A stretch of DNA of 64,000 nucleotides from contig OZ241869.1 of assembly GCA_965202805.1 (NCBI GenBank), forward strand, positions 96,001 to 160,000, read 5' to 3'. Source of the stretch: Longimicrobiales bacterium. Lineage in GTDB: Bacteria > Gemmatimonadota > Gemmatimonadetes > Longimicrobiales > Gaopeijiaceae. A program made the translations under genes and the position numbers. The notes beneath the pieces are model-generated. The model worked only from the letters and a program-made list of their open reading frames with translations, searched no databases and was not told the origin of the DNA. Shown here in pieces: positions 47,193 to 57,789 of this stretch (positions are counted from its first letter, which is position 1; the number at the start of each line of letters is the position of its first letter).

Positions 47193-47759
47193 ATGCTCGC
47201 AGCATACATCTTCTGCCTCGTCGTGGGCGGCGGCTTCCTGCTGCTGTCGCTTTTCGGCGACTTTCTGGAAGCTGATGCGGACATCGACGCGGACGCGGAT
47301 CTCGGGATCGGGGACGCCGGCGATGTCGCGAAGCTCTTCTCGCTGCGCGCGATCGTCTACGCGCTCTTCGGGTTCGGCGCCGCGGGCTCGCTGCTGCACC
47401 TGGTGTGGGGTGGTGCCCGTCCCGGGTTGACGGCGCTTGTCGCCGGGATCACCGGACTGGCCACGGGCGCGCTGATCGGGGCGGCGTTCGGGTTCCTCAA
47501 GCGGAGCAGCGCCGGGGCTCTGCTGGGGGAACAGTCGTTCGTGGGGCTGACCGGGGAGGTGTCGCTCGAGATCACGGCGGCGAGTCCGGGTTCGATCCGG
47601 GTGCTGCGCGGCGACCGGCGCCACGGCATCCGCGCCCGACTGGACGCGAGTTGTCCTCCGGACGCGGCGCTGACCCCGGGTCAGTCCGTTGTGGTGGTCG
47701 GCATGGAATCGGGGATCGCCGCCGTGGTGCCGGTCGAGATGAAGCTCATCGATGAGTGA
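47193..47759 (+). CDS. NfeD-like (YqiJ/YuaF type) flotillin partner
   Basis: TM helices, acidic DADIDADAD loop, C-terminal OB-like region; upstream of flotillin. Confidence 0.8.
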   Translation: MLAAYIFCLVVGGGFLLLSLFGDFLEADADIDADADLGIGDAGDVAKLFSLRAIVYALFGFGAAGSLLHLVWGGARPGLTALVAGITGLATGALIGAAFGFLKRSSAGALLGEQSFVGLTGEVSLEITAASPGSIRVLRGDRRHGIRARLDASCPPDAALTPGQSVVVVGMESGIAAVVPVEMKLIDE

Positions 47760-47783
47760 TAAACCAGCTGGAGGAGTGAAATA

Positions 47784-49085
47784 ATGGAATTTCTGGCCGC
47801 GCCCCTGACGATGGCCCTCGTGGTGCTGGTGGCGGTGATCGTGTTCGTCATCACCATCAAGAGCCTGATCGTGATCGTGCCCCCCAACCAGGCCGCCGTG
47901 CTCACCGGCCGCAATCGAACGTCCTCCGACGGGCAGACCGTGGGATACCGCTCCATCTCCGGAGGCCGCACGCTGCGCGTGCCCATCATCGAGACGGTGC
48001 AGCACATGAACCTCGAGACCATCCCCATCGAGGTCTCGGTCAACAACGCCTTCTCCAAGGGGAATATCCCGCTCAGCGTCGAGGCCATCGCCAACGTCAA
48101 GATTGCGTCCGAGCCCGAATGGGTCTTCAACAATGCCGTCGAGCGCCTGCTCGGGAAGACCGAGGGGGAGGTGCGCGCGCTCGCCCAGGACACCCTGACC
48201 GGCAACCTGCGCGGCGTGCTCGCGACGCTCACCCCCGAGGCCGTCAACGAGGACCGCCTCGGGTTCGCGAAGGCGCTGGCCGACGACGCCGGCGAGGACC
48301 TGGCTTCCCTGGGCTTCCATCTGGACGTCCTCAAGATCCAGAACGTGAGCGACGAGCGCGGCTACCTGGAGGCCATCGGGCGGGAGAAGTCGGCGGAGGC
48401 CATTCGCTCGGCCGAGATCGCCGAGGCGCAGGCGGAAGCGGACACCCGCGAGGCCCAGGCGGTGGCCCGCCGCCGGGCCCAGGTTCGCGAGGCGGCAGCC
48501 GCCATCAAGGTGGCCGAGGCCCAGAACGAGCTGCGCGTGCGCAAGGCCGAGCTCGACCGCGAGGGCGAGACCGCCGAGAAGATCGCGCGCGTCAAGGCGC
48601 AGGAAGCCGAGGTCGAGGCCGAGAAGATCCTCGAGATGAAGCGCGTCGAGCGCGAGGAGCAGCGCCTGCGCGCCGACGTGGTGGAGCCCGCCAAGGCCGA
48701 CAAGATGGCCGCCTTCGCCCGAGCCCAGGCGGAAGCGGCCCCGATCCTGGAGCGCGGAAAGGCCCAGGTGGAAGTGCTCAAACGGCTATATGCGGAGGTC
48801 CAGACCGGAGGAGATGCGGCCTTTGCGGTGTTCATGGCCGAGAAACTGCCGGAGCTCCTCGAGATCGCCGTTGGTGCGGTGGAAGGGGTCGACATCGACC
48901 GCGTCGTGGTCATGGACGGGGGGGAAGGCGAAGGTGTCTCCAACGCGCTCAACCAGCGGGTCCGGGGCGCCTACGGGACGCTCGAGGGACTGGCCTCGGT
49001 GCTCGGCCTCGACATCCAGCAGGTATTGAGCCGGGCCGCGGGGGTGGCGCCGGCGGAGGCTCCTCGCGAGCTCCCGTCGGGGTGA
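47784..49085 (+). CDS. Flotillin / SPFH domain protein
   Basis: SPFH domain followed by EA-rich coiled coil. Confidence 0.9.
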   Translation: MEFLAAPLTMALVVLVAVIVFVITIKSLIVIVPPNQAAVLTGRNRTSSDGQTVGYRSISGGRTLRVPIIETVQHMNLETIPIEVSVNNAFSKGNIPLSVEAIANVKIASEPEWVFNNAVERLLGKTEGEVRALAQDTLTGNLRGVLATLTPEAVNEDRLGFAKALADDAGEDLASLGFHLDVLKIQNVSDERGYLEAIGREKSAEAIRSAEIAEAQAEADTREAQAVARRRAQVREAAAAIKVAEAQNELRVRKAELDREGETAEKIARVKAQEAEVEAEKILEMKRVEREEQRLRADVVEPAKADKMAAFARAQAEAAPILERGKAQVEVLKRLYAEVQTGGDAAFAVFMAEKLPELLEIAVGAVEGVDIDRVVVMDGGEGEGVSNALNQRVRGAYGTLEGLASVLGLDIQQVLSRAAGVAPAEAPRELPSG

Positions 49086-49202
49086 TGGCTCGCAGGCGGG
49101 ATCGGGCTCTTCGGGACGGGGTGGCCGAAACGGCCGGGCATCCCCTGTCGTAACGAGCCGTATTCGTGTAGCATCCCCTCGCATTCCCAGGGAGCCCGCA
49201 TC

Positions 49203-49370
49203 ATGATCTGGAAGCTGATCACGAGGAAGGGAGGCGTGTTCGACAGGCCGCGCGTTCAGAAGCCGCGCAAGCCGAAGCCGCCCACCGCCGAGAAGCCCGA
49301 CAACCCGTTCCGTCTTCCGAAGCCGCCCGCCCCTCCGGGGTACGAGTGGCGGCGACGAAGACACCGCTGA
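49203..49370 (+). CDS. Putative small basic Pro/Lys/Arg-rich protein (55 aa; not in the ORF track)
   Basis: AGGGAG upstream, ATG 49203, TGA 9 nt before sixA. Confidence 0.45.
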   Translation: MIWKLITRKGGVFDRPRVQKPRKPKPPTAEKPDNPFRLPKPPAPPGYEWRRRRHR

Positions 49371-49379
49371 GCGCCGCCC

Positions 49380-49892
49380 TTGAAGAGGATCCTTCTGCTC
49401 CGCCACGCCAAGTCCGACTGGAAGGACTACACTCTTGCGGATTTCGACCGGCCGCTCGCGCCACGCGGACGCGCGGCCGCACCCCGCGTCGCAGCCTGGA
49501 TCCGGGACCGCGACCTGGTTCCCGACCGGATACTGTGCTCGGCCTCCCGTCGAACCGCGGAAACCTGGGAACGCATGGTGCCGGAGTTGGGAGAGGTACC
49601 GGTCGTCTACAGGCGGGCCCTCTACCACGCATCGACGCAGGCGATCCTGAAACAACTGGTCCAACAGGACGACGAGGCGAACACGGTGGCGGTGATCGGG
49701 CACAACCCGGGCATCGCCGAATTCGCATACAGCTATTCCGTTTTCGGCAGCAAGAAGAAGATCGCCCGAATGCGGCGCAAGTATCCCACCGGCGCCCTGG
49801 CCGTCCTCTCGTTCCGGATCGACCGCTGGGCCGATCTCCCGGGGGCCAGCGGCACCCTGGAATACTACGTGCGCCCCAAGCAGCTCAGGTAG
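49380..49892 (+). CDS. sixA: SixA-like phosphohistidine phosphatase
   Basis: LLRHAKSDW, DRPL, GHNPG. Confidence 0.85.
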   Translation: MKRILLLRHAKSDWKDYTLADFDRPLAPRGRAAAPRVAAWIRDRDLVPDRILCSASRRTAETWERMVPELGEVPVVYRRALYHASTQAILKQLVQQDDEANTVAVIGHNPGIAEFAYSYSVFGSKKKIARMRRKYPTGALAVLSFRIDRWADLPGASGTLEYYVRPKQLR

Positions 49893-50075
49893 CCGGGAAC
49901 CTCATGTAGCCCGGGCGTCCGCCGACGCGGGCGTCACGGCCCGCCGGCCAGCGTCGCGTAACGCGGTGGCGGTGCGAGCCACGCCGATCCCTGCTTTGCC
50001 GGATTCTGCCGTCCCGGGTAGCTTTCGCAGGGCCGACAGGCGAACTCCAGTGCGCTTCTCGCGCGAGGTTCAGGC

Positions 50076-52379
50076 ATGCCCGACGCCAACGACAGCCTGG
50101 TCGCCCGCCTCTTCAGGCGACGCGTTCCCCAGATCTTCGCCATCTACATGGGCGCCTGCTGGGGGCTCGTCGAGTTCGCCGACTTCATGGTGGAGGAATT
50201 CCTGCTCTCCCCGCACTGGACGCGGGTGGCACTGGTCGGTTCGCTCCTTCTGGCTCCCAGCGCTCTGATGCTCGCCTGGTATCACGGCAAACCGGGCCGG
50301 GACCGGATGGCGAGGGCGGAGAAGGTCGGCATTCCCGCGAACGTCGCGCTATGTGTGACCGTTCTGTGGGGAGTCTTCGGCGGCAGCGACCTCGGCGCCG
50401 CCACGACTGCCGTGACGGTGGAGACCGAGGACGGCGAGGTCATCGAGCGCGTCGTTGCAAAGGCCGAATTCCGCAAGCGAACCGCGCTCTTCCCCCTGGA
50501 AGCGGGGACGGGGATCGAGCCTGACGAGTCCTGGCTTGCGTACGCCGTGCCGCTGGCGCTCGAGATCGACGTCCTCGCGGACGATTTCTTCCAGCCGGTG
50601 ACGCTGGGGCCGATCATCGGAGAGCTGCGCGACCTCGGATTCGACAACCCCGGCAACGTCCCTTCCACGCTCAGGCGTGAGGTCGCCGAAAGGCAGTACG
50701 CGGACTTCCTGGTCGCGGGATCGATCGATCGGGCCGATGATCGGTATCGCGTGGCCCTGAGGCTCCACCGGGTCGCCGACGGGTCCCTGGTGGAGGAATC
50801 GGTTTACGAAGGCAACGACCTGCTGGCGCTCGTCGACGAGATGTCGCCGGCGCTGAAGACATCCCTCGCGATCCCGGCCCGGGACGGCATCGAGGACCTC
50901 CCGGTGCGCGAACGGCTCACCAGCGAGCCGGCGGCCTGGCGGGAGTACGTTCTGGGCATCGCCGGCCTGTTTGTCCGGGACGACCTGACGGCGGCCATCG
51001 AGCACATGAAAGCCGCCGCGCAACTGGATCCCACCTTCACCGCCGCCCATTGGGTTCAATCCAACCTGCTCATCAGCGACAATCGCCAGGAGGAAGCGCT
51101 GGGCGCGGTCCAGGCGGCCATGGAGCACCTGTACAGGCTGCCGGAACGGATGGGATTCCCCGTCAAGGCCGGATACTACTTCCTGGCGGGCCAGCTGGAG
51201 AGGATGGCGGCGGTCTCGAAGATGTGGGTGGACCTCTACCCGGGCGATGTGGAAGCACTTCTCCACTACACCACCCTGTTGCAGATGAGGGGCGACTGGG
51301 AGGGCGTGCTCGCCACCCTGAACGAGATTCACCGGCTTACGCCCCGCGATGCCGGCGTCCTGCGGGAGATCGCGGCGGTCCAGGAACAACTCGGCGACGA
51401 GGAAGCGGCGCTGGCATCGCTGGCCGACTACGTGGAGCAGCGCCCTGACGACCATTCCGGGTACCAGAGCCTGGCGGCCATCCGGTACCGGCGGGGGGAA
51501 CTCGAAATCGCTCGCGAGAACATCGAGCGAGCCATCCTCATCCAGCCCCTGCTTCCGGAGCTCACGACCGAACTCGCGAATCTCGATTTGGTCACGGGGC
51601 GATTCGACGACGCCCTGACCAGCTACCGCAATGCCCTGGAGATGGCGCGTTCGCCTTTTCAGAAAGCCGAGGTGCTGCGGAGACTCGCCGGCTACCACCG
51701 CTTCCGTGGAGAGGTGGAGAGCGTGATTCGGACGCTGGACGACTGGCTCGACGAGGCGACCGGCGCGTTGGCCCCGATCTCCATCACCCAGGCCCGGTTT
51801 CCCGACATCAACGTGTTCTTCGCGGCAGGCCGGGACGAGGAAGCCGTTGCCCTGTTCCAGGAGTTGAGCGCGCAGCTCGCCCCACCCCTGAGCGAATACT
51901 ACGTGCCGCATTGGGCCATTAACGTTGCCCTGGGGCTTGAGGACTTCGCGGCCGCCCGGGAGGCGCACGCCCGCGCAGTGGAAGCGGTGGGAGCCAACCA
52001 GTTCGACGTACTGGCCCCGACGCTGACGGGGGATCTGGGCCGTATCCAGGAGGCCGAGGGCGACTACGCGTCAGCCGCCGCCAGCTACGAGAGTGCGATG
52101 GACGAAGACCCGGCGCTGGACTTGCACTGGCGCCTCAGCCGGGCGCTGAGGATGGATGGCCGGTTGGCGGAAGCCGAGGCGGTGCTGGACGAGGCGCTGC
52201 CCTCCAGGCCCGCGGCTCCGCATCTGCACCTGCAGATGGCCTACCTGCGGGAGGCGAGAGGGGATGTCCCCGGTGCGATCGATCACCTGCGCACCGCGCT
52301 GGCGGCCTGGGCGAACGCCGACGACGCCTTCGAGCCCGCCCGCGAGGCCCGCGAGAAGCTGGCGGAGCTGGGGGGATAG
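50076..52379 (+). CDS. Membrane-anchored TPR-repeat protein
   Basis: Three N-terminal TM helices followed by TPR-like helical repeats. Confidence 0.8.
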   Translation: MPDANDSLVARLFRRRVPQIFAIYMGACWGLVEFADFMVEEFLLSPHWTRVALVGSLLLAPSALMLAWYHGKPGRDRMARAEKVGIPANVALCVTVLWGVFGGSDLGAATTAVTVETEDGEVIERVVAKAEFRKRTALFPLEAGTGIEPDESWLAYAVPLALEIDVLADDFFQPVTLGPIIGELRDLGFDNPGNVPSTLRREVAERQYADFLVAGSIDRADDRYRVALRLHRVADGSLVEESVYEGNDLLALVDEMSPALKTSLAIPARDGIEDLPVRERLTSEPAAWREYVLGIAGLFVRDDLTAAIEHMKAAAQLDPTFTAAHWVQSNLLISDNRQEEALGAVQAAMEHLYRLPERMGFPVKAGYYFLAGQLERMAAVSKMWVDLYPGDVEALLHYTTLLQMRGDWEGVLATLNEIHRLTPRDAGVLREIAAVQEQLGDEEAALASLADYVEQRPDDHSGYQSLAAIRYRRGELEIARENIERAILIQPLLPELTTELANLDLVTGRFDDALTSYRNALEMARSPFQKAEVLRRLAGYHRFRGEVESVIRTLDDWLDEATGALAPISITQARFPDINVFFAAGRDEEAVALFQELSAQLAPPLSEYYVPHWAINVALGLEDFAAAREAHARAVEAVGANQFDVLAPTLTGDLGRIQEAEGDYASAAASYESAMDEDPALDLHWRLSRALRMDGRLAEAEAVLDEALPSRPAAPHLHLQMAYLREARGDVPGAIDHLRTALAAWANADDAFEPAREAREKLAELGG

Positions 52380-52442
52380 GGGCGGGACAGCTCCGCCTCA
52401 GGCGTTCACCCCCCGTTCTCCGCCACAGGGGATCGACAGCCG

Positions 52443-53741
52443 TCAGGGCGCCTGCAGCTCGTACACCTCCACGCGTTCGACGCCGAGGTCGTCCGTGGAT
52501 ATGACGGTCAGTCTTCCGTCGCCGACGTGCTGGATGCGAAGGCTGGCGGGTGCCACCACCTGGCCCAGGAAGCCGCCGTCGGCAGCGAACACATCGCGGG
52601 GGACCGTCTCGGCGCCCCGAATCGCGAAGCGGCGCGCCCAGATCTCCCCTCCGTCGGCGATGAGCAGCGAGGTCCATGCGGGGAGCCGGTCGGGAAGTTG
52701 TATCTCCCGGTAGCGGCGCAGGGCTGCCTCCACCTGGGCGTCGTCCATGGGCTCCCGGCCGCCCGTTGAGCCGCGAACCCAGGCTTCGAGGTGCGCGTCG
52801 GTGTGGACGGGCGGCTCTTCGGCGAGGCGCACGATGCGCTCGAGCGTGCCCGCGGGGCCATAGGTGGAGAATTCGTAGGACCGGCCCGTGGTCACGGCCA
52901 TGCGCCCGTCCGGGGCCGCGGTGGCGGCGGGGGCGGGCGAGAAGGGTACCCGCAGGATCTGGATCGACAGGTTGGTTCCGCTGCCCTGGGCGCTTGTCTG
53001 CGTTGCTTGACCCGGCACTGTCGCGACGGTGTCGATCAGGGCGCCCTCCAGGTCGTGCCGGACCAGGTACTCGGATCTGCTTCCGGAAGGGTCCGAGATC
53101 GACTCGAGGGCAGCTTCCAGGCTGAAGGCGCCGTCCATCACCGAGGGGAGGTTCAGGGATTCCACCCGGCTCAGGAACGTGCCCGGTCCCGCAAGCCGGA
53201 CCGGGCGGATCATGGGCACCTCGCCCGGGCCCTGGAAGGTCGCGGTTGCCAGCAGTTCGCCGTCCCGGCCGAAGCGGGTAATGCGGTCGAGTCGCTGGTC
53301 AACCGCGACGATGGCGCCGTCCGCCGCCTGCCAGGCTCCCGCGAGCGCCCGGAACTCGCCCGGTCCCTCTCCCGGGCCTCCGATGGTCTGGAGGTGGGCG
53401 CCGCTCGCGTCGAAGATGCGGATCTCGCTCATCTGGCCATCGGCGACGATCAGGTTGCCCGCGGCATCGATGGCGACCGAAGCGATGCGCCCGAAGAGCA
53501 CCTCTGCGGGGCCGACGATGGCCCCGATGGAGAGGACCGGTTCCGGGGCGATGGTGGCGTACACGCCGTCGCCGGGCGGATTGGTGACGATGGCGACGCC
53601 CGCCGAGTCGGTGACCTGGGCGCGAACGGGCGTTGATTCGGCGTTATCCCCGCAAGCTGCCAGGGGCGCAAGCATAACGCAAAGCCACGCCCCGTTCGCG
53701 TGGAGGGGCCGCCGGAGCCGGGGCAATCGCCGTCTTCTCAT
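52443..53741 (-). CDS. Beta-propeller (NHL/6-bladed-like) lipoprotein
   Basis: Lipobox LAAC; DSAGVAIV; GGPGEGPGEF; DDLGVERV; start approximate. Confidence 0.7.
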   Translation of the reverse strand: MRRRRLPRLRRPLHANGAWLCVMLAPLAACGDNAESTPVRAQVTDSAGVAIVTNPPGDGVYATIAPEPVLSIGAIVGPAEVLFGRIASVAIDAAGNLIVADGQMSEIRIFDASGAHLQTIGGPGEGPGEFRALAGAWQAADGAIVAVDQRLDRITRFGRDGELLATATFQGPGEVPMIRPVRLAGPGTFLSRVESLNLPSVMDGAFSLEAALESISDPSGSRSEYLVRHDLEGALIDTVATVPGQATQTSAQGSGTNLSIQILRVPFSPAPAATAAPDGRMAVTTGRSYEFSTYGPAGTLERIVRLAEEPPVHTDAHLEAWVRGSTGGREPMDDAQVEAALRRYREIQLPDRLPAWTSLLIADGGEIWARRFAIRGAETVPRDVFAADGGFLGQVVAPASLRIQHVGDGRLTVISTDDLGVERVEVYELQAP

Positions 53742-53898
53742 CCCTTGGATTCCCTGGTATTCGCCCTCCACCGAGGATGGGGGCGAGTGTGTCTCCAAAT
53801 CACGAAAAGTTTCGTAGATTACGATGACCGACGGTTCCCGCGATGTCAACTCTTTCCGTTTCTCCATGAATGGAGCGCAAGGCGGTTGGACCGCCCGG

Positions 53899-55866
53899 TC
53901 ACTGCCTCCTCTCACCCACGTCGACCATCTCGTCCTTCAGGAACCGTCCGAAGAAATCCAGCATGTCGAGCAGCATCCGGCGTCGGTTGGCCTTGCCGCG
54001 CACGTAGTAGTTCTCGTTCGGGTAGGTCGTGTACTCGAAGGGCTTGTAGTGGTTTTCGAGCGCGCGCGCGAAGATCTCGGACTGGTCCGAGCCGGGATAG
54101 CGTCCCTCGCCGTGCACCAGGAAGATCGGCGCGGAGACCTTGTCGACCTCGTAGATCGCCGAGCTGTTGCGCCACACGTCCTGGTTCGTCTCGAAGGGCC
54201 CGAGTTCGTGCTCGAGCAGCTTGACGTGCCGCAGTTCGTTCTCGCTGCGATGGAAGTGCACCCAGTCCGAGTAGCCCGAGCCGGGAATGATCGCGCGGAA
54301 GGCGTCCGGCGCGAAGGCCGCCGCGTACATGCCCATTATGCCGCCATAGCTGGTGCCGGTCAGGCCGATCCGGTCCGGGTCAACCCCGGGCTGCGCCTTA
54401 AGGAAGTCGGCCCCCGCGAGCACGTCTTCGAGGTCGCAGTGGCCCCAGCAGCCGTTGTTCGCGTCGGCGAAGTCCTTCCCGTATCCCGAACTGCCCCGGA
54501 TGTTGGGAAGCAGCACGGCGTATCCACGCTGCGCGAAGAACTGCACGTGCTGCTGGAAGGTGTCGTTGAACTGCGAGGTGGGGCCGCCGTGGATCCACAG
54601 GATGCCGGGTGCGCGCCGGCCCGCCGGGACGCCCGCCGGGCGGTAGAGGTACGCCGGGATCGAATATCCGTCCGTGCTGGGGTAATGGACCTTCTCCGGC
54701 AGGATCAGCCGGTCGGCAAAGTTGCCGGCGGGCATGGAAAAGGTGAGCTGGCGGCTCTCGCCGCTCTCCACGGACACCACATGCAGATCCTGCGGGGTGA
54801 CCAGGTCGGCCTCGAGGTAGGCGATCGAGCGGCTGTCGGGCGACCACGAGGGGCCTGAGGCCACCCCGCCGTCGGGGGACACCAGCACGCGGGGCTTGCC
54901 GCCGTCGGGCGAGACCACGCGCAGGTCGTGGTGACCGTTGTGGTTCTCGACGTAGGCGATCCAGCGTCCGTCGGGCGACCAGACCGCGCTGCTCTGGTCG
55001 GCCTCGGCCGCGGCGACCGGACGGGGTTCACCGCCGTCGACCGGGGCGAGCCAGTAGTTGATCCAGCCGCTGCGATGAGAGCGGAAGAGGACCTGGCGTC
55101 CGTCGGGCGAGACCCGGGGATAGGCGAAGGTGCTGCCGGCGCCGTAGTCGAAGAAGTCGCGGTCCCGGAGCACGGTGCGCGCACCCGATCCGTCCGGAGC
55201 GACCGAGACGACGTCGTGGTCCTCCCAGGCGTCGTCGAGGCGCACGTACAGGATGTTCTGCGAGTCGGGAGTCCAGGTCGGGAAGACCTCGTACCTCTTG
55301 TCGTCAGTGATGCGCCGGACGCGGCGCGTGGCGACCTCGACCGTCCAGATGTCGTAGTTGCCGTAGCGGTCGCCGGCGAAGGCGATCGAGCGCTCGTCGG
55401 GCGACCAGGTCATCGAGTTGATGCGCCCGCCCAGGTTGGTGAGCTGCACCTCGGTGCCGTCGCGGGTGGACCAGACCCGGATCTCCGGCGAGCCGCCCTT
55501 GTCCGACACGTACGAGATCCAGTTGCCCTCGGGCGACCAGCCCGGCATCTGCGAGGCCAGGAAGTGGCCCGAGCTGCCCAGGTCGATCGGGACACGGGTG
55601 GGGAAGCCGCCCTCGGGCGAGAGCGTGACCAGTCCGCCGGAGAGCGAGGACTGGAAGAGGATCGACGATCCGTCGGGGGACCAGGAGGGCGAGCCGGAAA
55701 CGACCGACTCGATGGAAAGCAGCTGGTCGATGGTCAGGATGTCGGCATCCTGGGCGTGGACCGGGCCGGGGACACCCTTGGCCGCGGCCGCAAGGATGAG
55801 GGCGGAAGCCAGGTTGGTGGCGGATCGCTGGCGGAGGACCGCCTCCGGGTTTCGATGACGGGTCAT
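53899..55866 (-). CDS. S9 family peptidase
   Basis: WSPD repeats, IHGGP, GTSYGG. Confidence 0.88.
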   Translation of the reverse strand: MTRHRNPEAVLRQRSATNLASALILAAAAKGVPGPVHAQDADILTIDQLLSIESVVSGSPSWSPDGSSILFQSSLSGGLVTLSPEGGFPTRVPIDLGSSGHFLASQMPGWSPEGNWISYVSDKGGSPEIRVWSTRDGTEVQLTNLGGRINSMTWSPDERSIAFAGDRYGNYDIWTVEVATRRVRRITDDKRYEVFPTWTPDSQNILYVRLDDAWEDHDVVSVAPDGSGARTVLRDRDFFDYGAGSTFAYPRVSPDGRQVLFRSHRSGWINYWLAPVDGGEPRPVAAAEADQSSAVWSPDGRWIAYVENHNGHHDLRVVSPDGGKPRVLVSPDGGVASGPSWSPDSRSIAYLEADLVTPQDLHVVSVESGESRQLTFSMPAGNFADRLILPEKVHYPSTDGYSIPAYLYRPAGVPAGRRAPGILWIHGGPTSQFNDTFQQHVQFFAQRGYAVLLPNIRGSSGYGKDFADANNGCWGHCDLEDVLAGADFLKAQPGVDPDRIGLTGTSYGGIMGMYAAAFAPDAFRAIIPGSGYSDWVHFHRSENELRHVKLLEHELGPFETNQDVWRNSSAIYEVDKVSAPIFLVHGEGRYPGSDQSEIFARALENHYKPFEYTTYPNENYYVRGKANRRRMLLDMLDFFGRFLKDEMVDVGERRQ

Positions 55867-55959
55867 GGCGTACTCCTTGTTTCGATCGCCGCCGGCTGCC
55901 ACCGCCAGGATGACCGGCGGGCGCACCTCTGTGAAGCCGTCCCCCCTCGGCAACGTGCC

Positions 55960-56886
55960 CTACACGTGCGTCAGCCAGCCATAGGGGTCTTCCGCCCGCT
56001 GCTTGACGATGTCCATGAAGCGTTTCTGGATCCGCAGCGTGACTTCGCCTGCCTTGCCGCAGCCGATCTGGATGCGGTCGACGCTGGTGATGGGCGTCAC
56101 CTCGGTCGCGGTGCCCGAGAAGAAGAGCTCGTCGCAGGTATAGAGGGTTTCGCGGGCGACCAGCTGTTCGCTGGCGGGAATCCCCATTTCTCCCGCCAAC
56201 CTCAGCACCGTGTCGCGCGTGATGCCCTGAAGCGAGGTGCCGTCGAGGATGGGCGTTATGAGCTGACCATCCACGACGAGGAAGAGGTTCTGGCCGCTCC
56301 CCTCGCTGACCAGCCCGTTGGGACCGAGTGCGATGGCGTCGGCATAGCCGTCGGCATGCGCCTCCATCTTCATGAGCATGGCGGCGTTGTAGTGGCCAGC
56401 CGCCTTCGCCCGCATGGGGAAGGTGTTGGGCTCGGCACGCTGCCAGGAGGATACCTTCACCCCGACGCCCTTCTCGAGCGCGCCCTTGCCGAGATAGGTG
56501 TCCAGCGGCCACGCCGCCACGTAGGACTCGATGGGGCTCGCCCGTGGATCGAGGGCCGCGGCGCCGTATCCCCGGGCCACCATGGGACGGATGTAGCAGC
56601 TGGCCAGGTTGTTTTTCGCCACCACGTCGACGCACGCCTGGGCGAACTCCTCCCGCGTGTACCGCGGCACCATCCGGTAGACGGTGCAGGAGTTGTAGAG
56701 CCTGCGGATGTGCGCGTTGAGACGGAAGATGGCCCGCCGTCCCCCGGACTCGTAGCAGCGGATGCCCTCGAACAGGGACACGCCGAACTGTACCGCCAGG
56801 GAGAGCAGGTGCACCTGGGCGTCCTGCCACGCGATGAACTCGCCGTCCTTCCAGATGAATTCGGATTCCTGTAGCTCAAGGGCCAT
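55960..56886 (-). CDS. ilvE: Branched-chain amino acid aminotransferase
   Basis: LFEGIRCY, YIRP, PLP lysine in AKAAGHY, EGSGQN, GITR, GTATEVTP. Confidence 0.9.
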   Translation of the reverse strand: MALELQESEFIWKDGEFIAWQDAQVHLLSLAVQFGVSLFEGIRCYESGGRRAIFRLNAHIRRLYNSCTVYRMVPRYTREEFAQACVDVVAKNNLASCYIRPMVARGYGAAALDPRASPIESYVAAWPLDTYLGKGALEKGVGVKVSSWQRAEPNTFPMRAKAAGHYNAAMLMKMEAHADGYADAIALGPNGLVSEGSGQNLFLVVDGQLITPILDGTSLQGITRDTVLRLAGEMGIPASEQLVARETLYTCDELFFSGTATEVTPITSVDRIQIGCGKAGEVTLRIQKRFMDIVKQRAEDPYGWLTHV

Positions 56887-56988
56887 CGGGTTTCTCGGTT
56901 GGGGGGTGGGTTGATGGAAGCCGGTGCGGCGCGGTCGTGTGCCCGGCTCGTGCCGCATTCGGGCGAGGCACGATGTGCGGGCGGGCAA

Positions 56989-57780
56989 TCATATCAGGGC
57001 GCGAATCCATCCGCCGTCCACGGGAATCGACGTGCCGGTGATGTAGCTCGCGCGTTCAGAAGCGAGAAAGGTAACCAATGCCGCAAATTCCGCGGGGTCG
57101 CCCACGCGTCCCGCGGGGATTTCGCCGGCCCAGCGGTCGAACGCGGCTTCCCGGTCGATCCCTTCGCGTGCGGCGATCTGGCCGGCCAGCCAGTCCAGGC
57201 GGGCCGTGCGGGTGTAGCCGGGCATCACGTTGTTCACGGTGACGCCGTCGCGCGCCACCTCGTTGGCCAGGGTGCGGGCGAAGCCGGTGACCGCGGCGCG
57301 CACGCTGTTGGAGAGGATGAGCCCGTCGACGGGCTGCTTCACCGCGATCGAGGTGACGTTGACGATCCGGCCCCAGCCTCGCTCGCGCATGCCGGGAAGG
57401 ACGGCGCGGGTCAGGTTGAGGACGCTCTCCAGGTTCTGGGCGACGGCGGCGCGCCACGCCCCGGGGGAGTGCGCCTCGAAGGGGCCGGAGGGCGGGCCGC
57501 CGGTGTTGGTGACCAGGATGTCGACCTGTCCGAAGGCCTCCGCGGCGGCGTCGGTGACGCGCCGGACGCCCTCGGGGTCGGTGAGGTCGGCGGCCACGGC
57601 GACGGGCTCGGAGCCGGAGGCGCGCGCGATGCGGTTGCGGGTGCGCTTCAGGTCGTCGGCGCCGCGGGCGCACATCACCAGCCGGGCCCCCTCGCGCGCG
57701 AACTCCTCGGCAACCGCGCGTCCCAGCCCGCGGCTGGAGGCGGCCACCAGCGCGACCCTTCCGGTCAGCCCGAGGTCCAC
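56989..57780 (-). CDS. SDR family oxidoreductase
   Basis: AASSRGLG, NTGGPP, YITGTSIPVDGG. Confidence 0.9.
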   Translation of the reverse strand: MDLGLTGRVALVAASSRGLGRAVAEEFAREGARLVMCARGADDLKRTRNRIARASGSEPVAVAADLTDPEGVRRVTDAAAEAFGQVDILVTNTGGPPSGPFEAHSPGAWRAAVAQNLESVLNLTRAVLPGMRERGWGRIVNVTSIAVKQPVDGLILSNSVRAAVTGFARTLANEVARDGVTVNNVMPGYTRTARLDWLAGQIAAREGIDREAAFDRWAGEIPAGRVGDPAEFAALVTFLASERASYITGTSIPVDGGWIRALI

Positions 57781-57789
57781 GTCACCGGC

